NCBI GenBank assembly: GCA_020184695.1
Contig: JAANOX010000106.1
Span: 39,213-103,212 of the forward strand
Direction of reading: 5' to 3'
From: Histomonas meleagridis 2922-C6/04-290x
Taxonomy: Eukaryota; Protista; Parabasalia
Length of the DNA stretch: 64,000 nucleotides
Position 1 is the first letter of the stretch. The number at the start of each line of letters is the position of its first letter. The position numbers and the translations under genes were made by a program. Under the pieces are notes generated by a model that had not been told where the DNA came from, searched no databases, and saw only the letters and a program-made list of their open reading frames with translations. This document shows positions 52,223 to 63,536 of this stretch, piece after piece.

Positions 52223-55200
52223 TTATAATTCCTTTTGGTAATTTTTCAATTTTTCATTACCAATTAATTTTCTATGATTTCTTCTAATTTCAGTCAAATT
52301 ATAACTAACAGTAAAAGTCATATTAGCAATGTTATTTGCTTCCTCTTCCAAATCCTCCCATTCTTCAATGTATTCTTTTGCCATTTCAATTTTTGGCACT
52401 TTTGTCTTTGGGTTATTTGCCAAATCGATAATCAGCGCGTTATCCTTATCAAATTCGCTGCACCACGTACAGCACCACAACCACTTCTTCGGCAGTGACA
52501 TAATTGGTACTACATCTTGTAAATCATTAGGCAAATCTTGATCTAAATTTGCCAACGATTTAGGATTTCCAGCCAACTTATTATAATGTTTCCTTAACTT
52601 ATCACCAGCGCTCATTCTTCTGAATCGATCCAAATCTACCACGAACATTGCCGAGATATGATAATTTTTTCCGTCCAATCTCTTTTTCCAATATCCCTTA
52701 TTCCAGAACTGATATTTCCTCATATCCTTTCTATTGCTACAGAATGGCACGAAAGCGTACGGGTTTCCTTTTAAGTTCATTTTCATCAATTGATACAAAT
52801 CACCTCTAACCACAGCGTCAGCGTCAATATAAATCACACGCGACAGGTTTGCTGGGAACAATGCGTCCAAGAACAATATTTTATACCCCCAAATTACTTT
52901 TTGTCGTTCATTCTGATTTTTGATCCAATTTGGCCAATTATAATGTACGAACTTATAATCAAAATTATATTTCATTTTCATTGTTTTCAAGTCTTTTTTG
53001 AATGTTTTAGACAGAAAGTTATTTAAGAACCAAAAAGTTACGTTATGTTTTGTGTTTTTCATCACTGATATCATCATAATTTTTGCTAATTTCTCATAAA
53101 GTTCACCGCTAATGACAACGAAAACGTGAATTACGCTGTCAACGATTTCATTTTTCATGTTTTTTGAAGATTTATTAATTGTTTCGATATATAAATTCAT
53201 CCAAGAAGGTATAAAATTATAAACAATTACATTATTATTATTTATAATTTTATATAAATCATGTGAAACTTTATTCAGTTTTATGTTCCAAATTCCAGGA
53301 TTTACATTAAATTGGAAATATCCGAAGTTTTTTAATGAAATTGTTTCTTTTCCATTTAATGTTAAATCGATTAAATTCATTGGAACATATTTTTCATTAT
53401 CGAATATTGAGCCTTCGATTAAAATGGAATTTAATTTATATTTTAGTAAAATATTTCCAGGATCAAATTTTATTGGTATAAAGTTATCGATATCGAAATC
53501 ACATTTTTTAACATTAATATTCCAATTTATAGGTTGATGCATTATAATTGAATAAATAATTTTAGAGTTAAAACGATTAAATATAATTTCATTATCTTCA
53601 TTAATTAAATATTTATGAAATGAGTTTAATGTTAATGGGAATTCTTTTAATTCTTTATTAAAGTTAATATATATATTAATATTAAATGATTTTGTGTTTT
53701 TTAAATAATTAATTATCGGTCCAATAGTTTGGAAATTTTTATTGAAAGGATTTAATATAACATTATAATTTAATAATGAGTCTTCATTATTATTATAATT
53801 ATAAAGGATTGGTAATGTTTGATTAAACAAAGAATTAATATTTATTGGATATCTTTGGATATTATTATGCGTGAAATATCCATATAATAATGTTAAATAT
53901 AATGAAAGTTCCGAATAAAAGTTATTATTAATGTTATCAACATCATTTAATATGACGTCATAATTAAATTCGATTTCTTCTTCTTTAAAAATGTTTTGTA
54001 CAATCGATGTCGATCGATGATATTCCCATTGATATAAAACATTAAAATCTAATGACGTCCATTTATATATCGAATTTCCTTTAAGTCGAATAATTCGTCC
54101 ATTTAATATAATTGTAATTTCATCAGATTTAAGTTGTATTAAATCATAAACAAATTGCGGTGCTTGTGGATTCATTATTAATGTTCCTTGGAATCCATTA
54201 CAAAAAATCGCAATGCGTGAATCAGTTGTCATCTTATCACGTATAAATTCTTCCACTTCAGTAATAATATGATTTGATTCTGGTGAATTTGTTAAATTTT
54301 CTCCAATGAATATGAAAAATGTCGAATGTTTGATTACGTTTTCATTCGTTGTGGTATAATTATATCGAACTTGTTTGGCCCATAATAAAAATTCTTTTTG
54401 GATATAAAAACTTTGTGTTATTAAATTGATAAAATCAGATGATGTCTTATCAGTTCGTTGAATTATTGGATTATATCGTGGAAAAACATCATCACCATCA
54501 AAGATGATATCAATAGTATCTTTGGTTTTATTGTTAAATAAATGATTTGTAACTAAATTTCGTAATCGTGGTAATGATTTTATATAATATTTATCGATGT
54601 TTAATTCACCTCTTTTACCTGAATAGAAGCGGCCGTTAAAGAATAGACCGGGACCGTTTATATTCACTTTTTCAATATAATTACGTAACCGTCGAATATG
54701 TTTGGATTCTCGACTTTTGGGACTAAATAATTCATCAATGTTTTGCCATTTGGGTGATGAAGATTTGACCATCTGTTGATATATGGTTCTGTAATGGGTT
54801 TCTTTTAGCTTTTCTCCTTTTTGAAGAGATTTCTTAGTTGACAATAAAAATTGATGACCTTTCTCAACTCCATACTTAAGTCGTATATGTGCCCATGCAT
54901 ATAATACTCTCTTAGCAAATCTTGAATTATTTCTTGGGGTTACAATATATGAAAAACGAAATGGAACAGCTGTTCGAACTTGTTCATCCATCCACTCTAA
55001 TGATTTCATATCGGAGTTATCAATGGGATCAATCAAAAATACGACATTAAAAAGATTTCTTCGAATTTTTTGGGGAATATCAGACATTAAAGAAGAGAGA
55101 GAAGTTGTCCAATTTCGATATGCATTTCCATATTCAATGTCATTTAACGAATACATAAAAGACGATCGACAATCAATAATATATTTGGTTGGAGGAATTT

Positions 55201-56287
55201 TGGCTGGCTGAGCATGAAGAGCTTTGCTTAGTGATTTCTTGGACAATCCAAAGTGTTCTGTAAGGATTTGAGCAATTCTAAGCTCATCAAGAGATTCTTG
55301 AATAATATGAAATATGTCTGGAGTTTTAATAATACGTCCATTAACATAAAGTGAGGTTGCTCCAGGAATAACGTAATCAGGTTTAGACATGATTTTAGAT
55401 GTTAAACTTGGTGAATATGATACTTTAGATATATTTGATGCAAAAAGTGGAAAGTTTTGTAACACTTCAACTAACGTAGAGAATGGATCTGATGTAGATT
55501 TGCAGAATTGGATAAGTTGTGAAGGCAATTTTGATACTTGAGGAATTGATGATCCCGGAATTATATGCTTTTCTTTCATCAAAGGAGTGTCTTCGGACTC
55601 AGGACCATGTTTTATGTCTTCTTCTTTAAGGGTTGTATATGTCATTGAATAATTAAATGGTCGAAGTTCAATACCATAACCTCGAAATCGAACTGGCTCA
55701 TCTGAAGGCTTTCCGATTGGTCGAAATATAAAGGAATAATATTCATTGTATTTTTCAATAAGGGTGAAAAATTCATAAATTGTGGAATTAGAAAGAGGTC
55801 CATAAATTATAATTGTATCTCTCATATCCCCATTCCTTGGTTCGAAAGGGAAAACAGTTGGACGACTTTTTTTTCGATTTTTAATCTCATTTTCTAATTG
55901 TTGGATTTGAGAATATTTTGTATCTGAAAGAATAGCAAAAATTTCATTAAAATCAGATGTATAATTTGAAGCTATTTGACGAAAGAATTCAATTCTTGGC
56001 GAATAAGCACGAGTTTCTAATGAAAGACGAAGTAATGATCTAAGTTCATCAGATAAAAAATCAAGAGAATATTTGTAAATTTGATCTATAGTTTGAGGTA
56101 AAACGTTATCTTTTTTAAGTCCTTGAATAAATGTCCAATAAGCTTCTCCATTTGCATCTGCGATAAAAACAACTGCTTCAGACAAAAGAGGTGTGTCAGC
56201 CCATGTTCCGTCAAGAGAAATAGTTAAGTTTCTGTCCTTTAATATTTGAAAGTTCCCTAAAATCCAAAAAACATTAAACAGAAACAT
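52223..56287 (-). CDS. UGGT: UDP-glucose:glycoprotein glucosyltransferase
   Basis: Signal peptide, N-terminal W..TPLL.EA and GYGIEL motifs, GT24 domain (WGYKILFLDALFP, IYIDADAVVRGDL, YHISAMFVVDL, LANLDQDLPN, WLWCCTWC), ER-retention-like QKEL. Confidence 0.96.
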   Translation of the reverse strand: MFLFNVFWILGNFQILKDRNLTISLDGTWADTPLLSEAVVFIADANGEAYWTFIQGLKKDNVLPQTIDQIYKYSLDFLSDELRSLLRLSLETRAYSPRIEFFRQIASNYTSDFNEIFAILSDTKYSQIQQLENEIKNRKKSRPTVFPFEPRNGDMRDTIIIYGPLSNSTIYEFFTLIEKYNEYYSFIFRPIGKPSDEPVRFRGYGIELRPFNYSMTYTTLKEEDIKHGPESEDTPLMKEKHIIPGSSIPQVSKLPSQLIQFCKSTSDPFSTLVEVLQNFPLFASNISKVSYSPSLTSKIMSKPDYVIPGATSLYVNGRIIKTPDIFHIIQESLDELRIAQILTEHFGLSKKSLSKALHAQPAKIPPTKYIIDCRSSFMYSLNDIEYGNAYRNWTTSLSSLMSDIPQKIRRNLFNVVFLIDPIDNSDMKSLEWMDEQVRTAVPFRFSYIVTPRNNSRFAKRVLYAWAHIRLKYGVEKGHQFLLSTKKSLQKGEKLKETHYRTIYQQMVKSSSPKWQNIDELFSPKSRESKHIRRLRNYIEKVNINGPGLFFNGRFYSGKRGELNIDKYYIKSLPRLRNLVTNHLFNNKTKDTIDIIFDGDDVFPRYNPIIQRTDKTSSDFINLITQSFYIQKEFLLWAKQVRYNYTTTNENVIKHSTFFIFIGENLTNSPESNHIITEVEEFIRDKMTTDSRIAIFCNGFQGTLIMNPQAPQFVYDLIQLKSDEITIILNGRIIRLKGNSIYKWTSLDFNVLYQWEYHRSTSIVQNIFKEEEIEFNYDVILNDVDNINNNFYSELSLYLTLLYGYFTHNNIQRYPININSLFNQTLPILYNYNNNEDSLLNYNVILNPFNKNFQTIGPIINYLKNTKSFNINIYINFNKELKEFPLTLNSFHKYLINEDNEIIFNRFNSKIIYSIIMHQPINWNINVKKCDFDIDNFIPIKFDPGNILLKYKLNSILIEGSIFDNEKYVPMNLIDLTLNGKETISLKNFGYFQFNVNPGIWNIKLNKVSHDLYKIINNNNVIVYNFIPSWMNLYIETINKSSKNMKNEIVDSVIHVFVVISGELYEKLAKIMMISVMKNTKHNVTFWFLNNFLSKTFKKDLKTMKMKYNFDYKFVHYNWPNWIKNQNERQKVIWGYKILFLDALFPANLSRVIYIDADAVVRGDLYQLMKMNLKGNPYAFVPFCSNRKDMRKYQFWNKGYWKKRLDGKNYHISAMFVVDLDRFRRMSAGDKLRKHYNKLAGNPKSLANLDQDLPNDLQDVVPIMSLPKKWLWCCTWCSEFDKDNALIIDLANNPKTKVPKIEMAKEYIEEWEDLEEEANNIANMTFTVSYNLTEIRRNHRKLIGNEKLKNYQKEL

Positions 56288-56742
56288 TGCGCATTTTGTA
56301 AATAATTCAAAAAGGGTGAACGTTTATTTAATTGAAAGATGCACATTCATTATTTCATCCTTAAGGATAATGAAATAAAATTGTATGAAAACACGATAAA
56401 ATGAGTTGATGAATACATAAAGATGGGGATCTAAACCATTCTTTGAACCTGCAAACATTCTCTTGCTGCGTTTGCATATATACATCAATGAAATAAGGAG
56501 CAACACCGAAAATTGATAAAAGAGTTAAATTACTAAACCTATGTTTATTAAGAAAGAAAAGATTTCAATTTAATATGTAAAAGTATTTAAAACAATAGAA
56601 CAAAGAAAAATTATTTCACGTTTAAGAAAATTATTTATGAAACTGAGAATTAACCAGTTATATAAATTAGTAAAGCACAAAATAAAAATAGTATTTACTA
56701 CGAAAAAGTTTACTATTATAATCTATTTCTTAGATTCATATT

Positions 56743-59070
56743 TTATATTGGGGTAACAAACTTTTGCTCCTTGAAATCTATTGCAAAAGGATCTTCATCA
56801 ATTTCTTTTAATGCAGATGTGCCAGTAAAACTATTAAATTCATTTGATTTATAATCATAATCTTCGACAACTTCTTCATCATTAATTCTTTTTCTATGAC
56901 TAAAGTATACGCTAACAACAATAATTACAATAATGATAACCACAACAGCAGCTGCAATTCCTGCAATAATTCCAATACTAAATTGTTCTTGTTTTTTAAT
57001 TGTTGTTAAGATTTGTTGCTCATATACATAGAAGTAATTTGAATAATATTGTTGATATGTAGTAAAATGCATAATAGTATAATTATAAAAAATAAGTTCT
57101 GTATTAGTATAAGTTAATGTAGAATTTAACATTGATAAAATATAAGAATTTGAAAGATATGTATTTTCAAATGTCATAGATTGAGTAATAGCAATTGTAT
57201 TTGTTGCTGATTGTACATATGTTACAACAATTGTATAAGTAATTTCTTCTATTTCTTCATTTATTGATTGTGTTGGTGTTGGATCTGGAACTTCAATTTG
57301 TATTAATGTTGGTTGATATGATAATTTATATGAATTTGATAAAATAAATGAATCTATCATAGTTAATGTAGGAGAGAGAGTAAGTGAATTTGAATTCATA
57401 TTTGAATTAATTTGTATTAAATTATTTGATAGTGTTAATGATTGCGTTTGAGTCATTACATTTGATTCATAATATTCATAACTATCTGTTAATGATGGAG
57501 ATATTGTTATTGATGAAGTTAATGTGATTGTTTCTGAGGGGAATATATTGTTTGAATATGTAAGCATTGATGACAATACCGGTGTATTTGATGGTGTATT
57601 TGTTATTGATTGAGTTGGCGATAAACTATAAGTTGATGATAAAGTTAATATACTTATAGATGAAGATACTTCAATATATGATCCTGTTAAAGTATTTGTT
57701 TGTTGTACAATTTCTGATAATGAAGTTATTAATGTTGGAGAATTTGTTATTGATGATGTTATTGAACTTATTTGTGAAGTTATTGATGTCTTTACTTGGG
57801 TGCTTGATTGAGAAAATGTATCACTTTGAGTATTTGTATATGATTGAGTTGTTGTGCTTATTTGTGACTTTGTTATTGATGAAGTTAGAGTTTGAGTTAT
57901 TATATATGTATTCGATTGGTATGAAGTACGTGTTAAAGATTGAGTATTTGATGGAACCATTGTTTTAGAAGATGTTTCACTATTTACATATGTAAGAGTT
58001 TGAACAACAGTTGTTATTGAAAAATAATAAGTATAATATTTCCATGTATATGATCCTGTATCAATAAACACTTTTCGTTTAATTCCAGAAATCATTGATG
58101 GGGGAACACCAGATCTTGCCTTAATATTTTTGTTGTCTTGTAAAGGAGAATATATTAATGTCATTAACTTATTATTTCTTTTCTTGTTTGCTTTATTTCC
58201 CATCATCACCATAGTTGGTATCAATACGGGAACATATGTTGATGACCTGGATATACTAACAGTTATTGAATATGAATCAGTGTATGTTTCACTTAATGTT
58301 ACTGATGATGTATATGAGGTTATGTAAGTTGTGGATGGTACATATACTGAAGAATATGATGTGGTTACTGTTGATTTATATGTATTAGATAAAGTTGGTG
58401 TAATTGCTGAAACATATGTAAGAACAACTGTTTTAGTTAGAGTGGTTGTTGTTGTTTTTGAATATGTATATGTAATGGAATTTGTTAAAGTACTAACAAG
58501 AGAAGGAACAAGTGTATATGATCCAACATAAGATGATATCAATGTTTGAAAACTTACAATTGTTTGCGTTGTATAAGGAACAGAAGTACTGACTAGGATT
58601 ATTGAATTTGATGAAACATATGACAAATAACTTGAGCTTGTATATGATGTCACAAATGTACTTGATTGAATATATGATGGAGATGATGTAACTGAATTTA
58701 TGATGGTTTGAGTGTATGAGGTCAAATATGTATACGAAGATATATATGTGATTGAAAGTGAATATGTATCAACATTTGTTAGAGTATTTGAAGGAACTTG
58801 AGTAGAAGTAAGTGATTTTGAAATTGAATTTCCTAATGAATAACTTTCCACCATTGTATTCGTTCCTACAAGTGTCTGCGAAGGCATTTGAGTAATAGAA
58901 ATTGTGTATGTATATGACGAAGATAGTGTATTTGAAGGAACATATGTTTCTTGAATTGTCGGAACATTGGAAATAGAACTTGAAAATCCTAAAGCATTAA
59001 CCTTAGTAAATGACAATTGGCTTGTGTAACCAATAAAGAATATGGAGATGAAAAATATTTTGGCGCACAT
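56743..59070 (-). CDS. Ser/Thr-rich type I surface protein with DPF-containing tail
   Basis: First ATG at 59070 (MCAKIFFISIFFIGYTS). Two long S/T/Y/V-rich blocks are separated by a basic linker; TM IGIIAGIAAAVVVIIIVIIVVSVYF; tail ends IDEDPFAIDFKEQKFVTPI. Confidence 0.75.
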   Translation of the reverse strand: MCAKIFFISIFFIGYTSQLSFTKVNALGFSSSISNVPTIQETYVPSNTLSSSYTYTISITQMPSQTLVGTNTMVESYSLGNSISKSLTSTQVPSNTLTNVDTYSLSITYISSYTYLTSYTQTIINSVTSSPSYIQSSTFVTSYTSSSYLSYVSSNSIILVSTSVPYTTQTIVSFQTLISSYVGSYTLVPSLVSTLTNSITYTYSKTTTTTLTKTVVLTYVSAITPTLSNTYKSTVTTSYSSVYVPSTTYITSYTSSVTLSETYTDSYSITVSISRSSTYVPVLIPTMVMMGNKANKKRNNKLMTLIYSPLQDNKNIKARSGVPPSMISGIKRKVFIDTGSYTWKYYTYYFSITTVVQTLTYVNSETSSKTMVPSNTQSLTRTSYQSNTYIITQTLTSSITKSQISTTTQSYTNTQSDTFSQSSTQVKTSITSQISSITSSITNSPTLITSLSEIVQQTNTLTGSYIEVSSSISILTLSSTYSLSPTQSITNTPSNTPVLSSMLTYSNNIFPSETITLTSSITISPSLTDSYEYYESNVMTQTQSLTLSNNLIQINSNMNSNSLTLSPTLTMIDSFILSNSYKLSYQPTLIQIEVPDPTPTQSINEEIEEITYTIVVTYVQSATNTIAITQSMTFENTYLSNSYILSMLNSTLTYTNTELIFYNYTIMHFTTYQQYYSNYFYVYEQQILTTIKKQEQFSIGIIAGIAAAVVVIIIVIIVVSVYFSHRKRINDEEVVEDYDYKSNEFNSFTGTSALKEIDEDPFAIDFKEQKFVTPI

Positions 59071-60137
59071 GAAGTGATTTGGAAGAAGGATGTTTGAACA
59101 GCTGAATTGAATATAAATCAAAACTCATGTAACGTTTTCAATTGATTTCACAAAAGTCTGTGAATTTTGAGAAGTATACTCGATGTTGTCAACGATAATT
59201 TTTGGAAAAATTTTGAGGTTTTATCCAATGACCCTATAAAATGGGTCATGCTGTATTAAAGAAAAGGTAAATTAACCAATTTTTTATGAAACATTTCTCG
59301 AGTCATGGTTCATTGTTAACAAGTCTTCCATTCCTTCTCTTTCAATAAATTTCAAAATTAATTTCAAACATTTTCCAACTAATTTTTATATAACATTAAT
59401 TTACAATTTTCTTATCATGTGGATAATGAAATATCATTTCGATGGGATTGAAAATAGAACTTTAATTTTTTGAATTAATTTAAAATTTATTAAGTAAATG
59501 AAATTCCATTAAAATATTATTTCCAATTGTTTGGATAGATGTAATGTTACACTCATTTTCACCAATAATCATATATGATTTCCAAAACACAAAACCAAAA
59601 AGTTTGTGAAACCAGAAAACGTTATCGTATTGACACTTTTTGATAAAGATAAAAATCTCTGGTCAACATCCAACGCTCAAATGTTCAATCACACTCCTCA
59701 TGATGTTGCTTCCCACACCCTGAATCTGCAACATTACATATTATCATAATTATATTAAGAAATCTTTTTTTGGATCCTGAATCATTCAGAACAACATTCC
59801 CACTTCATTCTTATGTGCTACCAAAGTTATATTTATATCAATGGGTTAATTTTCTTTTTCCTTATTTTTCCAATCAACATGAAACAATTTTTTAATTATT
59901 TTTTGTGAGGAACCATCAAAAAAGCAAATGCTTTGTGTTTTGCTCATTCCAAAATAGAATCCTGAATTTTCGTGTTTCCTTCTGAAAAATTTACAACCAA
60001 ATTATTTCTTTGTGCGTTGGATTCAAATTTCTGTTTTAACTCAATACTTTCTGAAGCATTAAAAAGTTTCTTTTATTTACGTCAAATAACTTACGGTTAT
60101 TTTCTTCTTTCTTTATCTGTGTCACTTCATCTTTTTA

Positions 60138-61235
60138 ATGAACGGGAACTTCCAGACAATTGTTGTTGATAATGGGTCAAAGTTCATCAAGGCAGGCTAT
60201 GCAGGATACGAACAGCCCACTATAATTAGCAACGACGACTGGTCATCCCAAATATCCAAATAATCAGTTGCCCAATCAAGGAGTATATATTGGTACTGAA
60301 GCTGAATCTATATATGGAATGCTCAATCTTTACCATCCAATCAGCCATGGACATATTACAAATTGGGATGAAATGGAAAAGATCTGGAGATGTAGCTACA
60401 TCTTTAAAAACCAACTTCAAGTTGATCCACCATTATCCAATGTATTAATGTCCGAGCCAATAAGTATCCGAAATCATTCAACATCCAAATTGCCCATTCG
60501 GAATAGTGAGATGATGATGCAGATCATATTTGAAACATATAACTTCAGAGGGTTTTTTATTCTGTTGCAACCGAATCTTGCATTGTATGATTCATGTCGT
60601 ACGTCTGGTATTGTTTTAGAGTCTGGCGATGGAATTACGCAGGTTTTCCCAATGATTGAAGGGCGCATCATGACAAAAGCTTTGGCATGCACCAACCTCG
60701 CAGGGAGTGATGTAACCACATATCTACAAGAAGAAACAATGCGAAATCAAACAATTAATCAATACATCCCGAAGTCATACTTTAATAGCATCAAAGAAAA
60801 CCATGCGTATGTTGCACTTGATTATAATTTGGCGACAACAACAACATAATGCGATCTCTTGTTTACACAATCTGATGGAAGTACAATCAAATTCGGAAAA
60901 GAACAATTTCAATGTGCAGTTACATATCTTAATGGATTTAGTTATGACGGAATTGATCAAATTGTTTTTAACTCTATAAATGCTTACGTAATAAGCTTTA
61001 TTCGAATATCATCCTCACTGGTGGTAACACTATGATTAAAGGATTCAAAGAACGCCTCGAGATGGAAATTAGAAACTAGGCGCCTAAAGGAACGAATGTT
61101 AAAGTTGTCCTTTCACCACAGCCGATGTATTCTGACTGGATTGGTGGTTCGATATTTGCAAGTCTTGATGTGTTCCCTCAAAGAATTATTACTCGCCAAC
61201 AATACAATCAAGCAGGAATGTCTATTCTCAATTAA
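60138..61235 (+). pseudogene. Actin/actin-related protein pseudogene
   Basis: IVVDNGSKFIKAGYAG, (frameshift) YIGTEA...HPISHGHITNWDEMEKIW, SGIVLESGDGITQVFP, stop at 60847-60849, (frameshift) NIILTGGNTMIKGFKERLEMEIRN*AP, WIGGSIFASL. At least two frameshifts and two internal stops. Confidence 0.85.
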
Positions 61236-61466
61236 GAAACACCTCTGTGTCCTCTTCCTTAAAGAATTGGTCAATAAATCTTTAATGATCTTAATATTTA
61301 TGATGTGGGACAAACAAACGATAAACAGTTATATAGAAAGTTCCATCGTTCTAAAAAACCAATTTCTGTGTGAATGCGAAAAGTGTCATGTTTTATAAAG
61401 CTTTTGTTGTATGCATTCAAATTCAATGGCTTCGGTTCAAAATTCAGATTGAGACTGTTAATTCGA

Positions 61467-62174
61467 ATGCTTTTCTTCTTTCTTTCCCTTTCCTGCGAAT
61501 ACATCCAAACAAATGGCCTTAAAGGCGAGGCTTTAAGGCAGAAACTCAAGAAAGAATATTATGCACATACCGTATTCTCATATAACACTGCTCGTGTCTA
61601 TATGTACAATGATGTTGACTGTACTGATGGACAAATGTTTTTGATGTACTCTGGTACTACATACCCTTGGAAATGTGGCAGAACTGAAAAGCCATCTGCA
61701 ACTGATATCAACTGCGAACATAGTGTTCCTCAAAGTTTCTTTGATAAGAAGACCCCAATGGTTTCTGATATTCATCATCTCTATCCATCTGCTTCAAAAA
61801 TCAATAGTGCAAGATCTGACTACCCATTTGAAGAAGTTGATTATAGTGAATGTATGAAGTTCTGTAGGGACCTGGAATGTTCAAAAACAAGACCATCAAA
61901 TCCAGATGATTATTCTTGCTTAACATACAGTAGTTCTTTCATGCCAAGAGTTGAAGATCGTGGTCAAATTGCTCGTGGCATTCTTTACTTCTTCACAATG
62001 TATGACAACTATAGGTTATCTGATGTCGGAAAACTTAATACCTTCTTGAAATGGAATCGAGAACATCCACCAACACAACAAGAAATCACACGTAATGATA
62101 GGATCAACCAAACACAAGGAAACAGAAACCCATATGTTGATGATTATACATTAGCTGATCAAGCATGGGCTTAA
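61467..62174 (+). CDS. Secreted endonuclease I / Bsn-type His-Me finger nuclease
   Basis: ATG at 61467 with signal peptide MLFFFLSLSCE. NCEHSVPQSFF, SDIHHLYPS..KINSARSDYPF, RGQIARGILYF, E..RNDRINQTQGNRNPYVD. Confidence 0.9.
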   Translation: MLFFFLSLSCEYIQTNGLKGEALRQKLKKEYYAHTVFSYNTARVYMYNDVDCTDGQMFLMYSGTTYPWKCGRTEKPSATDINCEHSVPQSFFDKKTPMVSDIHHLYPSASKINSARSDYPFEEVDYSECMKFCRDLECSKTRPSNPDDYSCLTYSSSFMPRVEDRGQIARGILYFFTMYDNYRLSDVGKLNTFLKWNREHPPTQQEITRNDRINQTQGNRNPYVDDYTLADQAWA

Positions 62175-62396
62175 AAATATTTGACTTATCGAATCTTTTT
62201 GTTATATTAAATTTCGAGAAAAGTGTTAATCGTAGCGTTTCTTATTTTTATTTGGAATTTGTTTGCTATGGAAATCTATTTCATGAGTTGTGGGTTCATT
62301 TCCTTCAATTTTGTAAACCACTCAACTGGCTTAGCCCAAAAACTTTTTGAATAGTTTATTTGAGGATTTTGGCCAGAATTTTTCTTCTGAGGGCTA

Positions 62397-63344
62397 ATGG
62401 AAAGAAGAAAAAAGAAAGGCCCCAACCGAAAACGTCACATTCCAGAATACTTACCTTATGTCTCGTACTTAAAGTTTGATGAATGCATTGGTCATGGACA
62501 TTTTTCTCATGTTTATCGTGGAACATATCATCAAAAAGAAGAAGTTGCAATAAAACTAATTGAAAGAGGAAGTGAATACCTAATTAATAATGAAGTTAAA
62601 ATTTTGCAAACACTCAAAGGCGCACCACATGTTGTTCAATTATATGAAGTAATCGAAAAAGAAGAAACAATGTTGGTCTTTGAACTTCTTAAAGGAATCG
62701 ATCCCAACCATCTCTTTGAACAATTTACAGTAAATCGAATACGTTTTTTAATAAGATCTGTTTTACAAGCACTTGACGCAGCACATTCATTAGGGATTGT
62801 TCATAGAGACGTTAAGCTCGGAAATATTCTAATCATGCATAATTTCACGGATGTGAAGCTCATTGATTGGGGTTGTGGATGCTTTGCGAATGAAGATATG
62901 TCTTCAAAAGCTGGTTCAAGGCATTGCAGGCCCCCTGAAATGTTATTGGGGTACACCAATTACGGTTACGGTTGTGATGTGTGGGCGGTTGGAGTGCTTA
63001 TCTTCTACATTTTGACCCATGGCGATATTCCTTGGAAAGCTAGGTCAAGCCCTCAAACACTTATAATAATGTCAGAATATTTTGGTGGTAATGAGTTGGA
63101 TAGAATTGCAGATCAAATTGGAATTCAAATTGATGATGACATTGATGATGAATTCGTTGATGAACCAATCAAATCACTGGAATCTGCCTTCGCACCAGAG
63201 CTTTCTCAAATTGTGGATGAAGGACTTGTGGATCTAATGAAAACATTGTTGAATATTGATTACACAAAAAGACCAACTGCAAAAGAAGCACTCAATCACC
63301 CATTCTTAAAGGATCAAACAAATCCACCAACAATAATCAAATAA
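62397..63344 (+). CDS. CMGC Ser/Thr kinase, divergent casein kinase II alpha-like
   Basis: IGHGHFSHV, VAIK, HRDVKLGNIL, KLIDWG (CK2-type DWG), PPEMLLGY..YGYGCDVWAVG, RPTAKEALNHPF. Confidence 0.85.
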   Translation: MERRKKKGPNRKRHIPEYLPYVSYLKFDECIGHGHFSHVYRGTYHQKEEVAIKLIERGSEYLINNEVKILQTLKGAPHVVQLYEVIEKEETMLVFELLKGIDPNHLFEQFTVNRIRFLIRSVLQALDAAHSLGIVHRDVKLGNILIMHNFTDVKLIDWGCGCFANEDMSSKAGSRHCRPPEMLLGYTNYGYGCDVWAVGVLIFYILTHGDIPWKARSSPQTLIIMSEYFGGNELDRIADQIGIQIDDDIDDEFVDEPIKSLESAFAPELSQIVDEGLVDLMKTLLNIDYTKRPTAKEALNHPFLKDQTNPPTIIK

Positions 63345-63536
63345 TATTATTAGGTCCGAAATAAATAGACTTCGAAATAACATAATTTGATACAAAATCG
63401 TTCACCACAAAAACCTCTTTCACCAAAGAATGAACCATTTGTGGTTGGTTCGATTTTTTGAAAATAAATTTATCTTTGATATTTATCGAAAAAAGCCCAT
63501 TTAGATTTATTGGAAATTTCTTGAAAGCGTTTAAAA

